Assembly (NCBI RefSeq): GCF_963921235.1 | Contig: NC_086097.1 | Coordinates: 15,066,001-15,130,000 of the forward strand | DNA: 64,000 nucleotides | Direction of reading: 5' to 3' | From: Mobula hypostoma | Taxonomy: Eukaryota | Part shown: one piece after another, positions 24,721 through 38,345 of the stretch | How positions within the stretch are numbered: position 1 is the first letter of the stretch | Layout of the letters: each line of letters opens with the position of its first letter | Translations under genes and position numbers: made by a program | Notes under the pieces: generated by a model | Told to the model about the DNA's origin: nothing | The model's database searches: none | Seen by the model: only the letters and a program-made list of their open reading frames with translations

Positions 24721-26109
24721 ATGTCTTTGAGGAACACATCACATCAGGAAACGTTACAGCTTTCTGGACTGACTGTCAAATTCTACAGCTTGAGCTAACT
24801 GGCTCAACTGTCATTCTATTATATTGGCTCAAATTTATCTCTCCATTCACATTGTTCAACAACAGTACATCTTGAAACTTTATTTATGTTCTCACACCCT
24901 AACTGCCACATTTCAAAGCCTTTATGTTTTCTCCAGCTTCCCTCATTAACCCATCCACGGGCTGGCCTTTTTTATAGCTCATCTCCATGGCAACCCTGGC
25001 CTCAATTTATTAGTGATGTTCTCAGAGATATTTCCTTTGTCCTAACGATCCACCAGTAAGAACCACCCCCCCCCACCACCAATGCTTACTCACTCACACA
25101 CACACTCAACTCACACACCCACTCACATCCAGACACAATGTGCTCTCTCACCCACATACACACCCACTCACACTCACACAGCTTTTCTCTTTGGAACAAA
25201 GGAGAATGACATGAATATGATAAGAGACATAGACAGAGTGGCCAACCAGAGCAGCAGTGGCTAATACCAGAGAACATCCATTTGAGGTTAGGTTCAGGAC
25301 AGATTAGGAGAGATGGTAAAGTTTTTACACAAAGAGTAGAAAATGTCTGGAATGCATCAGCTGGGGGTGGTGGTAGAGACAAACACATTAAGGATATTTA
25401 AAAGACTTAGGCATTTGAATGGTAGAAAAAAATCAAGGCCTACATAGGAGGAGTTAGATTGTATGTTCTGTGTTCACACTTACTCCCCCTCTCACTTTCT
25501 CTGTAACTTAAAATCAATTCTGTTTGCCATTTCAGATGGTTTCACTTTGAAACATTAACTCTTTCACTTTCCACAGGAGCTGCCTGATCTGCAGCCTTTC
25601 CAGCATGTTCTGTTTTCATTGTGGCCTGCCATATCTAAAGCACTAACAGCTACAAGCCACTGTATTCTATTGTCCTCCCGTGAGAGACCACAGCCTTTAC
25701 TTACTTACTGCCTGTTACAGTGCTGGTGTAGATCGTTTGTTCCATCTATATCCCTTATAATTATATATACCTCAGTCAAGCTATGGACTCAACCAGGAAG
25801 GCAAATGCAATGTTAGCTTTCATTTCAAGAGGACTAGAATATATCACCAAGGATGTAATGCTGCCTTAAGTCAAATGTCTTACATTCCAAAAGACATAAG
25901 AGCAAAGTTAGGCCTTCTGGCCCATCGAGCCTGCTCCATCTTGGCCGAGGTATTTTCCCTCTCAGCCCCATTCTCCTGTCTTCTCTCCGTAACTTTGCCA
26001 CCCTGACTAGTAAAGAACTTATCGTGATAGCATTTGTTGTTTGAGTGGAGTAGTTGTGTGCAAATTGGCTGTTGCATTAACCGATGGAACACTGACTGCA
26101 GTTCAAAGG

Positions 26110-27075
26110 GCAATTAGTTTGGTGCGAAGCAATACTCGCCACCCAGGCCGTGCTCAGTTCTCACTGCTGCCATCAGGACTCGCACCAGCAGATTCAAGAA
26201 CAGATACTACTCCTCAACCATCAGGAACTTCACTCATTTGCCCCAGCATTGAGATGTTCCCACAATCAATGACCTCACTTTAAGGACTCTTTATCTCATG
26301 TTCTCGTTATTTATTGTTATTTATCTATATTTGCATTTGAAGTTTATTGTCTTCTGTACTTTTGATCGTTCATTGGTACTGTAGTAGTTACTATTCTATA
26401 GATTTGCATCATATCAATGCAGCTGTAAAGAGGGCAAGACTGCGACTATATTTCATTCAGCGTTTGAGATATGGTTCGTCACCTAAACCTCAAACTTCTA
26501 CAGGTGTATCATGGAAAGCATCTCTGTCTGGTATGGCGGATACTACACAGGATGGAAAGAAGCTACAGAAAGTTGTAAAATTAGGCAGCTTTATCATGGT
26601 TCCTAGCCTTCATGGGATCCAAGATATCTTCAAGCCTCAGAAAAGCAGCATCCATTTTAAGGACCCCCATCACCCAGGACAGGCCATCTTCAGATTGCTA
26701 CTGACAGGAAGGAGGTACAGAAGCCTGAAGGCACACACTCAATGATTCAGGGACAGCTTCTTCCCCTCTGCCATCCGATTCCTAAATGGCCATTGAACCC
26801 TTGGACACTGCCTCACTTGCTTTTCATTATTTCTGTTTTTGCACTATTTTAACAACTATTTAATATACGTATATACTCACTGTAGTTCATTTACTTATTT
26901 TCCTATATTTATATATCACATTGTACACTTGCCACTAAGTTAATATATTTCATAACATATGCCAGTGATATTAAACCTGATTCTGATTCTGAATATGCCC
27001 CCAGGAGAACAAATCTCAGGGTTGTATGTGCTGACATATATTACTCTGATAATAAAAATTACTTGGAACTTTGAT
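26110..27075 (+). mobile_element. Nested Rex1/Babar-like 3' fragments
   Basis: Encodes KDPHHPGQAIFRLLLTGRRYRSLKAHTQ, with an (ATTCTG)n tail at about 26980-26992. Confidence 0.75.
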
Positions 27076-29094
27076 TCAGAAGTATCCCAAGGATGTGAAA
27101 GGTGATAGCTAAGTGCAGGATATTTAGTGGACGGGAGTTGGATAGCAGGATTGGACCGATATGGTGAATGAGAAATCGCCCCCGATACTCATTCTACATG
27201 CCCAACACCACGAAATACAGCCTTGTCATTAGGCAAAGGATAGAGCTCCATCATCGAACTGAGGCTGAGTCCGCAACTTCAGCAAAAGAAGTGGAGGAAG
27301 TAGATAATTATTTTAATATTATAGGTTAAGTTCCAAAAATAAAATTAAAATTAATAGTGGGGTGTGCATGCAATGAACAGATATCAGCAATGACCAATAA
27401 GATTGGGAATGGTAGCACACTCTCCACTGATAGTCCGGATAATATATTAATCACTAAAACCAAAGGGAAACAGAAACATTAAAACGCAGCAATGGACAGA
27501 AGAGAGCAAAACCAAATTACTGGAGCAACTTAGCAAGTTGAGCAAAACCCGTGGGATGAAAGGAACCATAGACAATTTGGGTTGAAACCCTGCATTGTGG
27601 ACAGAAGATTCAGGAACAGTTATTACCCCTCAACCATTAGGCTCCTGAATCTGCATGGATAACTTCACTCACCTCAACACTGAACTCGAAGGGTTTTGGC
27701 CCAACACATCGACTCTTTACCTTTTTCCTTAGATGTTGCCTGGCCTGCTGAGTTCCTCCAGCATTTTGTGTGTGTTGCCCACACCCTATGGACTCACTTT
27801 CAATGACTCACTTCTCTTTCTTAGAAAAATAGAGGGCAGTGGAGAAGTCTAGTAATTTCTAAGGTAGGGACATGTTCGGCACAACTTTGTGGGCTGAAGG
27901 GCCTGTATTGTGCTGTAGGTTTCCTATGACACTACAACTCAGGTTTTCAGTTTTTATGTATGTATCTACCTTTCCCTCTGTTTTGTTTATTTATGATCTT
28001 TTGTTTATTTTGTATTTGCACAGTTCCTGTCTTTTGTACATTGGTTGTTTGTCAATCTATATTTGTACGTAGGGCTTTTTGTTGATTCTATTGTATTTCT
28101 CCATTCTGCTGTGAATGCGTGCAAGAAAATGAATCTCAGAGTACTATATGGTGACACCTACATTTTTTGGTAATAAATTTACCTAGAAATTTGTGAACAT
28201 TTTTATGACAAGACATGAGTTTACAACAATTAGTTGTGTATTTCCTCTGCAGGTTTCAAAATTACATATACTCGAGAGTGTCTGTTCACATGCACAGTGC
28301 ATACATAGACACACGCCTTTGCACTTGCACAGATACACACAAACACACACATACAAATTTACACAAAAGACATAAAGAATCTGTATGTTTTATTTTGTTT
28401 AAAAGTCAACTAACAGTTCTTATGAGACACATCCCTTTCATTGCTTTAACTAAAATATTGAAAGCTAGAATTGTTACTTTAAAATTCAAATAAACCTCAG
28501 GGTTTGACAAGTAGAGGGGGCTGGGCGTGAAATGCTGTGTTCCGTCGAAAATACAAATCCACGCAGGGCCCACAGACTTCAATATATACAGAGAGAGTCA
28601 TCAAAAACGACAGCATGCACATTTACAGCAGGCAAAAACCAGCAGGAATTTCCTCATCGCAAGTTCCATAGTGAAACTTCAGTTGCAATTTTTCTTAAGT
28701 AGTTACGGTCGCATCACAACCTTATTAAAATATTCATCTTTTATATTCACAGTTGATTTCCTCTCATTCTGTGTTTTTTGTGAGCATTTTTATACACACA
28801 TACATCACCTCAAAAAAAATAACAATATTTTTAATGTTAAAAAAATATTCATCTTCCTTCCAACTCCCTTGCTCTCAAATGCCAGCTCCATTCTCCCAAA
28901 GTAGCTTCTTCAAGAGGCAGTGGCTGAGGTAAAATTTCCTAGATGCCTCCTCTTTCACTGCTCGGAGATAGCTAAGTTCCACCTTGGGAACTATTGTTGA
29001 TCAGGTTGTGGTAGTGAACAGAAACAAATCACCATTTTGACAGGGGAGAGTATACAGCCAGCAGGAAACACAGCCTTCGCCATTTTCATCTCAA

Positions 29095-29515
29095 CCATAA
29101 GATATCAGAGCAGAATTAGGCCATTTGGCCCATCGAGTCTGCTCCTCCATTTCATGATGGCTGATCCATTATCCCTCTCAGCCCCAATCCCCTGCCTTCT
29201 CTCTATATCCCTTCGTGCCCTGACCAATCAAGAATCTAACGACCTCTGCCTTAAATATACATAAAGACTAGGCCTCCACAGCTACCAGTGGCAATGAATT
29301 TAACAAGTTCACCACTCTTTGGCTAAAGAAATTCCTCCTCATCTCCATAGGACGCTCCTTTATTCTGAGGCTGTGTCCTCTGGTCTTAGAATCTCCCACC
29401 ATTAGAAACATTCACCCCACAACCACTCTTTCACCATTCGATAGTTTTTATTGAGTTTTTAATTATTCCTCTGAATTCTAGTGAGTACGGGCCCAGAGCC
29501 ATCAAATGCTCAACA
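29095..29515 (-). mobile_element. CR1 LINE 3' fragment
   Basis: ccataagatat...gagcagaattaggccatt...ggctaaagaaattcctcctc. Confidence 0.8.
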
Positions 29516-32149
29516 AAGGGTATCTGCTATCCATGCAGAAATTTCTATTTGTATCACGTTAATAGTGCTAAGAAAGGAATATATTATGTTTCCCACTAAT
29601 TTCCCCTTCCCACACTCTCTTTAAAGACATCAGCTCCCCAAACATATTTAGCAATTATGATCTTTTGCCTGAAGAAAAGTGAAGATCAAGGGAGTGAAAG
29701 AAATAGTTTGTACAAGACTTTAAACCTAAAATCCTATTACATATTAAGCTAATCAATTCATAAATTATTGATCTGTAGAAAAGGTTGGTGTTTTCAAATG
29801 TTTGCAAGGGCAGGTTTCTCGTGAAGACATATTGTCACCTTTTTCTATGCAGTTCTCATCAAAGGCATGGCACCTCGACAACGCAAGGAGAGTACTGTCG
29901 GCAGAATATCACACAATAGTGATTAACAGCAGCAAGTGAGTACCTTCAGTTATTCAAATAGATAATCACTACAAGGGCTACTTGCATTGCAGACAGGAAG
30001 TGACGGTTACCATGGTAACTTGCTCTGCTTGGATTCTTATGACTTTGCAAGTACACAACAAGATTAATATTTCTGTTTCCTTCCCCTTCGCATGATCAAA
30101 AATCTGTAGGCCAACATTCCCGTATATGCAAATAGAAATTTCTGCATGGATGGCAGATAGATTTTGAGGGACTGACGGCTGCAAGATAAAATGAGAGAAG
30201 AATTTTGTGAACATGGAAATGTCCTTTACAACCTTTAATTTCTTAGTGGATTGCGAGCACATGGGATAATGAGGGATTAAGATATGAGGCCCAAGTTTGT
30301 TTATGGTCTCAGGGTATTTGAGAAGAATTCTCAAATATCTTTTGTTCCCAGAGATTGCTTTTGGCTGTGCCTCAGGGACTTTGTCTAGAGTTAGCAGTCC
30401 TGATGAGGATGGTGGACAACAGAAGGACTTCTGAGCACCACTTGCCATCCTTTTATGTATAAGGAACTTTCTCTACCTATCAATATACCAATATACAGGA
30501 CTTTGTCCTTGGGCTCAGGACCATTGACTGCATGCATTTATCTTCATAGGTAGGTATGTAAGAAGCTGCTCTGATTGGTCGTTCACTGGATTTGAATCAG
30601 GTGACACACCTGTTCTGGTGCATCCATCAAGGGGAATGTTTAGAATGTTTCACCTTGCATCTTAATACAGAACCATCGCATTAATACTCTGACGTCATGG
30701 TCATCTTCTGTTTGTGAGTTTACCAACTCAGCACTGACTGGAAATCTGAATGAGGCGCAAGCTCAGACCGCAGAGAGTGGCTATACCTCAGACAGAATGT
30801 GTAACGTTCTATACCTCCCAACTCTAAAGCTCTCATCTGGCCTGCCCATCTTACTCTCGGTAAACTAGTTGTCACCCAAAACTCTGCTGCTGGTACTTTA
30901 ATTTCACCTTGTTCCACTTATCATCATTCCTGTGCTATCTGACCTACGTTGGCTCCCATTTAAGCAGTGGTCTGAACTGAAGATTTTCGTTCATGTATTC
31001 ATGTTCCTTCATAGTCTCACCACTCCTGTTCTTTGTTTTAGATTCAGTGCTACAGGTGTCAGAGATAGCCGTCACTAATCTGGCCCCATTGGGAGTTATA
31101 TCACCACACTGCTGGCAGTCGTATCTTCAGGATGAAGGGCTCAGGCTCTGGAATGTCCTCTCTACAACTCTCTGTCTCCTTTCCCACACTGACTGAAGGC
31201 AACCTCGTTTAGCAAACCTCTTATCTCCTGCCCTAATATTCTCATGTGGTTCAGCACTAATTTCTGTCTCATTAAGTAGTCAGAAAATGTTAATGAAGCT
31301 ATATAAGTTTAACGAAATGTGTTATATAATTTTCAGCAAAGAGAGATTACATTCTAATAACTTTCTGCAGGGTGGGAGGCAACTTTCTAATAACTTTCTG
31401 CAGGAGGTGGGGCATGTTCTAATGCACCCTTAACAGAGCTTGGCTCAAGCTTACTCTAGTCTGGCACAGGGATAAAACATTACAGAAATAAGATGCTGAT
31501 AGTCTTTTCTGCAGTCCCTCCTTCCTGCTCTTGAGGACATCGATCTATATGTGGTTCATTTTTATGCACACTACCTCATGTATCTGTCAGACAAGGAGTA
31601 CATCTGTGGGATATTTTAACTCAGCCAGAACCTGCCCCGTACTTGATCAGTACATGAGTGTTTTCAGGCAGAAATCCCAGGCTAGGAATCAACAGCAGAA
31701 ATCCTTCTGATGTTTCTCTCCATAATTTGAAGATGCTGAGCCACATAATCCTTGGTCCCAACTGGTAAAAGGCTCAACATAGACCAAGCAAGATAGGAAT
31801 AGGACAGGTCTTTGACCACCTTGGAACGTTCAATTAGATCTGTTTTAACCATCTCAGCTCCATGCACTCTGACACCCTTATCCGGCAAAAATTCTATTGA
31901 TCTTTCCTTGAAACCTTCAATTATCCCACCATTCACAGCCTCCTTTAGGGAGTGAGGATTACAGGTATTGAAACTGGATTATTTAAGTCTGACTGGTTTT
32001 GTGCCCTAGTACTTTACCTCACTAGGTCAACTGGGAATCACTCAGCAGTTCTTCATTAAAGACGTGCACTTCAAACTCCTAAGCTGCAGATTCTAATTGT
32101 GGCACAGTCACTGCTGTTAATTATCCTATTGGGAAGCAGGGAGAAAGCG

Positions 32150-32480
32150 AGAGTAGATGTAGACAGGATGTTTCCTATGGCGAGGAAGTCTAGGACCAGG
32201 GGGCACAGCCTCAGAATTAGAAGGACATCCATTTAGAATGGAGAACAGGAGGATTTTCTTTAGCCAGCGAGTGGTGAATCTGTGGATTTCATTGCAAAAC
32301 ATGGCTGTGGAGGCCACCAAGTCACTGGGTATATTTACAGCAGAGGTTCTTGACTAGTAAGGGTGTCAAAGGTTACAGGGAGAAGACAGGAGGATGGGGT
32401 TGATAGGGATAATAAATCAGCCAAATTGGAATGGTGGAGCAGAATGGCGGCCAAATAACCTATTCTGTTCCTATATCTTA
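32150..32480 (+). mobile_element. CR1 LINE 3' fragment
   Basis: tctaggaccagggggcacagcctcagaat...cctatatcttat. Confidence 0.8.
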
Positions 32481-35084
32481 TAAAAAAAATTAATAACCAG
32501 TTGAGTGAAGATTGTTTCAATTTTAATGTTATTGCAAATGGGAAAGAAAGTTCAATCTACTATAAATTATTGATTTCCATGGGAAGCAGCAATTGAAATT
32601 ATAAACGTTGAGCAGGTAAATAATTAGAACCAATTAACCCGGAGTACTCGGCTTGAGCTAACCAATGCAAAACATCAGGTAATGAAACACCTAGAGTGGC
32701 GAGTACAGAATTACCATGCAGTCCCACAGATGGAACAAAACGAACCCATTGATCATTATAATAGAGCACATAATGAGACCAGAGAGGACACAGACAACAG
32801 CCTGGTTATTCTCATGATGTGGATGCTATCCTAAGGCACGGAATTATAAAGATGTCCTATTTTGTATGAACACAGGCTAAGAAGGAAAAAGAGACTTTCA
32901 GTTGTTTGATTCATCAGTGCAACGTACGCCAAAACAAACGAGCAAAATAGGCACACGTACATCTAGAATGCTGAACTATGTTCAAACAATGCATTAGCAC
33001 ATTAGAAATGGTTATGCCTTAAAACACAATAATCTCATATAGGTGAGGTGTTCTGAATTTGATTCTAAGCATTGGACTGAATCAAACAACCTGCTTCTTT
33101 ACCTGGTTCATTAACAGACTACAGCACTAAAAACATTAAAGAGCTTATAACTTGGTTATTTTTCACAATATGCACCGTGATAAGGAGCTCTCCATGTTAT
33201 ATGGTCCTAGTTGATCAGGTTTATTGTTTTTGATTATTGAGTGCTGAGTGTTGAGGAACAAATGGCTAAATTCAGGCATAGGAATTAACTACATCACCTT
33301 GATCCCATGAGTTAATTATCCCAGCTCCCTGGTTACATTCCATTCGCTCAGGGCAATCAAACTCAATTCATCTTCGAAGCCACCTCTAATCTCACACAGT
33401 AAACAGAAAGAGAATTGTTTAGTGTTTTAAGAGATTTAAAACTTTAATTTTTATCCCCAAATGATAATCAATCAGCTATCAATTATTGATAATTTTTTTA
33501 AAAATTATGTAGCAGTGCTAAGATTTTTTTCACTTTAAGGGCCATTTCATTTATTTCTCGATAATAAACGTACAAACTTATTTAAAATAGGATCAGGATC
33601 TCCAAGCAAGTTCCATTTATGAACATTAATGCATCATCTACAGGCTGTTATTAATAAAACAAAAGAGGACACAGAGAGAAGGGGAGCCAGCAGATGCGTA
33701 AGAGTTGTCCACACTAAATTTTACTCTTTCAGAATAAGTGGAGTAAATCCTCCTCTAGCTAATTTCCTTTTGATGGCAGGATTGACAGAGCTTTGGAATA
33801 CATCAATATATTGGCATTAAAAAGAAAATCATTGCATTTACACGAGCTTATTATTAAACCCACTGCAACAATCAAATCACAATTATCAACAGAATAGGAT
33901 TGATGCTCTCCATCCTTGACAGAGGCAGAAACTTTTCATCAATAATAAAACACTGACATTATCATATATAGATATATATATTTGATATAACATGATAAAT
34001 TTATATTGTGGTCTTATTAAAATATTATACTGTCAGAACACAAAATTGTATTGGGAAATCCCCATTTTCCAGTGTACAGCTTGTTAGTTACTATATTCTG
34101 AGGTAAAAGAAATCTTTCAATTCTCCACGGTTTGGATCATCTCTGGACAGTATATTTACAAGTGTTAGTGCACAAAGATATGCAGCTGCCATCAGTGTTC
34201 GACTATCAAAATTCTAGTTTAACTAAAGATCAGATTGAAAATAGAGTATCATTGTCCTTTGCTTTAGACAAACAGGTGAATGAAGTTGTTTTCAGAACAA
34301 ACTGGCTGGAACAAGCCTGTAACCAAACACAGGAGTCCTGTATCTTTCAGAATTTCATTCACCCCAGGAGATTGCTTCCCGCTGTGAATTTTGTAGCTGG
34401 TTGATGTAACCCTCCCCCTCCGCCCGCACCAGAGAGCTAATCCAAGACAAAGCAAGCACCAGTGGCTTTCAGAGACTTCCCACCAACAGGCCTCAAGCAT
34501 ACATTAACAGATAAGATCACACCATTTTAAAATTTGGATTCTCAAATTTAGTTTTGGCATTACATTGCCCCATATTAAGTCTCCCATCTTCTACTGACTT
34601 ACTGGCTTTGCCACTCTATACTAATTGGTTTCTCTTCCTGGGAAAATATCATCATGATCTCAGACTGTCTGTGAATCTATCAGTGTTGTGTTGGCAGTTG
34701 TATTATGGATCTATTTTTGTAAATACTCAGCCACTGTTTTCATCCCTCGCATTACTAGGATCTATCACTGCAACTCTCCTCGACACCACCCATAATTCTT
34801 TTCAATGACATATTCAGCCCATCAGGTCCATGCTATCCCCCAGTACAGCAATGGTATCATTCCCATTTCCCCTCTCGTTAGCTTCTTGAGGCCCTGTAAA
34901 TTATTTGCATGCTGGCTACACACTGATTAATGAAATGTCTCAGCCCTCCTTTGATTCTTTTACTAATTATCTACGCCAAGGATAATTTACAGAGCCAATT
35001 TCATCTTTGGAAGATGGGAGGAAACTAGTTACAGGGAGGTGTAGAAACCCCACCCAGTAGTATGCAAGGTCATGATCAAAAACA

Positions 35085-35515
35085 AAAAGGTTGAATAGGT
35101 TGGGACTTCATTCCTTGGAACATAGAAGACTGAGAGGAGATTTGATAGAGGTAAATTGTGAGGGGTATAGATAGGGTAAATGCCTGCAGGCTTTTCCCAC
35201 TGGAGTTGGTTGGGACTACAATTAGAGGTCATGGGTTAGAAGTGAAAGGTGAAAAGTTTAAGGGGAACATGAGGGGAAACATCTTCACTCAGAGGGTAGT
35301 GAGAGTGTGGAACGAGTTGCCATCACAAGATGTGCATGCGAGCTCAATTTCAACATTTAACAGAAGTTTGGATAGGTGCTTGGATGGTAGAGGCCGGGAG
35401 CGATATGGTCCGGGTGCAGGTCAATGGGAATAGGCAGCTTAAATGGTTCAGCTCGGACTAGATGGGCTGAAGGGCCTGTCTCTGTGCTGTACTTTCTATG
35501 ACTATGACTATAACA
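35085..35515 (+). mobile_element. CR1 LINE 3' fragment (second subfamily)
   Basis: Encodes RGHGLEVKGEKFKGNMRGNIFTQRVVRVWNELP with a (CTATGA)n tail. Close paralogue at 37820-38345. Confidence 0.85.
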
Positions 35516-35793
35516 AGAGGTACTGTGAATGATGGAAATCTTGAGCAAAACACACACACGTACACATGTAATGCTGGAGGAACTCAACAAGAAGGGTCTT
35601 AGCCCGAAATGTTTACTGTCTATTCCTCTCCATAGATGCTTCCGGACTTGCTGCGTTTGTGTATATTTTGCTCAAGATCATGAGCAAGCCCAGGATCTGG
35701 GAGGCAGCAATGCCGACAGCTGTGTCGCTGCACTATCCTTTGAAAGGCATTTCATCATTTAGGATGCAGACAGTATGACTACTGTAGCAATCT

Positions 35794-35826
<33 letters not shown>

Positions 35827-37379
35827 TGCAGCAATCTCTCTCTCGCTCTCTCTACTGTAGCAATCTCTTTCTTTCGCTCTCTCACACACACATTAAGTGC
35901 ATCCTAACCTAAAGGTACAGACATTGAAGAGGAAGTGATCCTTTGATAACCAAATGGACTACAGATCATAATTTGGGTTCTGTTGCTTCCTGGCCCATTT
36001 CACATCAAATTTACTTTCAGTATACTTTTGATCAGGGGGTCCACAGACCCTTTGGTTAAAGGTCAGGCTCCATATCATGAAAAGGGTTGGGAACCCCCGC
36101 TAGGTTAATCTCATTGCAGCCTTCTGCTGACTGTACAGAACATGAGACATTGCATTATCTTCCGACTGTACTTTTGAAAGGATGACTGGCTATTTAAAGA
36201 ATGATTTTGATCCAAGATAGGTCTCCAAAACTATACAATGGAACAGGTAGAAGTGTATACTGTCCTGCTGATTTGTTTCAGGTCCTCATCGCAGGGTCAG
36301 ATTTCACTGCAAATGCACAGACTCCCCATGCGGATAAATCTGAGCCAGAAAAATAAACACACTCCCCGACCACAAATCACTTGGGAAAGACAGTCAATTG
36401 ACTGCGTGATCAAATCAGGCACACGCGGGTTTAGATTCAATTTGTGCTGCCTGTATTGAACACAAATATCAAAAGCCAAGTCTATTGAATGAAGTGTTGG
36501 GTTTGGCCCCTGTTGTCTTCAATCGGGGTAACGGAGTGAGGTTTGGGGGAGAGGGAATAAGGATTGGTCAAACGTTAAGCAATTGTTCAAGTACTCACAG
36601 TACAGATAATGAGTATTTGGCAGAGATGAAGATCTGTAGCAAATTGAGAAAACCCCCACCCATTACATTATGTTACTTTGATGAGCTATATCTTAGATTA
36701 CCATCATTCCATGAAGTCACCAGTACATCTGGATGCCATGTTTACTTATTTGGAGATACAAAGCAGAACAGGCTCTTCCTGCACAAGCCAGGCCAAACAG
36801 CAAACTGCCTATGTAACCCTAGCCTAATCACAGGACAATTTACTAACCAGTATGTCTTTCAAATGTGGGAGGAAATCAGAGCACCTGGAGGAAGCCCATG
36901 AGAGTAATTATGTTTAGACTGTGAGGACCTTTTCCTGCCCTTCAAAATGTGGTGCTGAGCAACACTGTTGAATCTGCAGAGCTACGTGAGATCTGCTTGT
37001 ACCTCCTGCCTTTTCCTTGCTTCCACATCCCAACACCCTACAACCCATTCACCCTCCTCTTTCCGCATTCTTTTAAAAAATACCCTTTTCTGTGGAAATT
37101 TGCCTAAAATCTTCTTTGGCTCAGTCAATATGTTGCTGATTAATTTTATAGCCACTGTGTAAATGTAAGAAGCTGTTCCAAACACTTCACCTGTACCATC
37201 AGTCTGGTAATGCACTGAGACTGCATTGCTCTGATGAAATGTTAAAATGACGGGCCCACTGGGGTCTTAAATAGAATGCTAACCATCCCATGACACTCTC
37301 TGGTGCAGACAGCAATCCCAATGAACGTTTTTACTTCAACTATATCATCAAAACAGGCTACCTCATGATTTATTGTTAT

Positions 37380-37640
37380 TATTGAGATACAGCATGGAAT
37401 AGTCCTTACCTTCTCTTCAAGCCATGCTGCCCAGCAAACCCCATTTAATCCAAGCCTAGTCACAGAACAATTTACAATGACCAACTAACCTACCAACCAG
37501 TACATCTTTGGACTGTGGGAGGAAACTGGAGCACCCAGAGGAAACCCATGTGATCGGGGGAGAACGTACAAACTCCTTACAGACAGTGGCGGGAATTGAG
37601 CCTGGCACACTTGTACTGTAAAGCATTGTACTAACCACCC
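37380..37640 (-). mobile_element. V-SINE (HE1-like)
   Basis: Reverse of the V-domain: gtgggaggaaactggagcacccagaggaaacccat. Confidence 0.8.
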
Positions 37641-37819
37641 TACTGGGCCACCCCTAAATATCTCAGTACTCCTATTGGAATGTGCACAGTGTGACTGCAG
37701 TTTTCTATTATAAATAACAGCACTGTACACAAAAATACGGAACTCTATGTAACATTGTGACAAACAGCACCAGTTCCTTTATATATATCTATAGGACGTG
37801 TAACCGTATTTTTGTTTAC

Positions 37820-38345
37820 TAAGGAACTATCTACAGGAAAGATGCAGATAAGGTTTAACGAGTACAGAGATAATTTACAAGACTATTGCTGGGCATGGAG
37901 GACCTGAGTTATAAGGAAAGATTGAATAGGTTAAGACTTTATTCCTTGGAATATGGAAGACTGAGAGGAGATTTGATAAAGATATACAGAATTATGAGGG
38001 GTATAGATAGGATAAATGCAATCAGACTTTTTCCACTGAAGTTGGCTGGGACTACAAGAGTTCATGGGTTGTGGGTGAAAGGTGAAAAGTTTAAGTGGAA
38101 CATGAGGGGAAACTTCTTCACTCAGAGGGTCATGAGAATGTGGAACGAGTTGCCAGCACAAGTGGTGCATGCGAGCTTGATTTCAACGTTTAAGAGAAGT
38201 TTGGATAGGTATATGGATGGTAGGGCTATGGAGGACTATCGTCCCGGGGCAGGTTAATGGGAGTAGGCTGTTTAAATGGTTCGGCATGGACTAGATGGGT
38301 CGAAGGACTTGTTTCTGTGCCGTACTTTTCTCTGATTCTATGGCT
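37820..38345 (+). mobile_element. CR1 LINE 3' fragment
   Basis: ORF 37886-38257 reads LSYKERLNRLRLYSLEYGRLRGDLI...FFTQRVMRMWNELP. Confidence 0.88.

Noticed and set aside
25084..25180. CA-rich tract encoding a His/Thr-rich peptide
   Set aside because: Degenerate (CA)n microsatellite.
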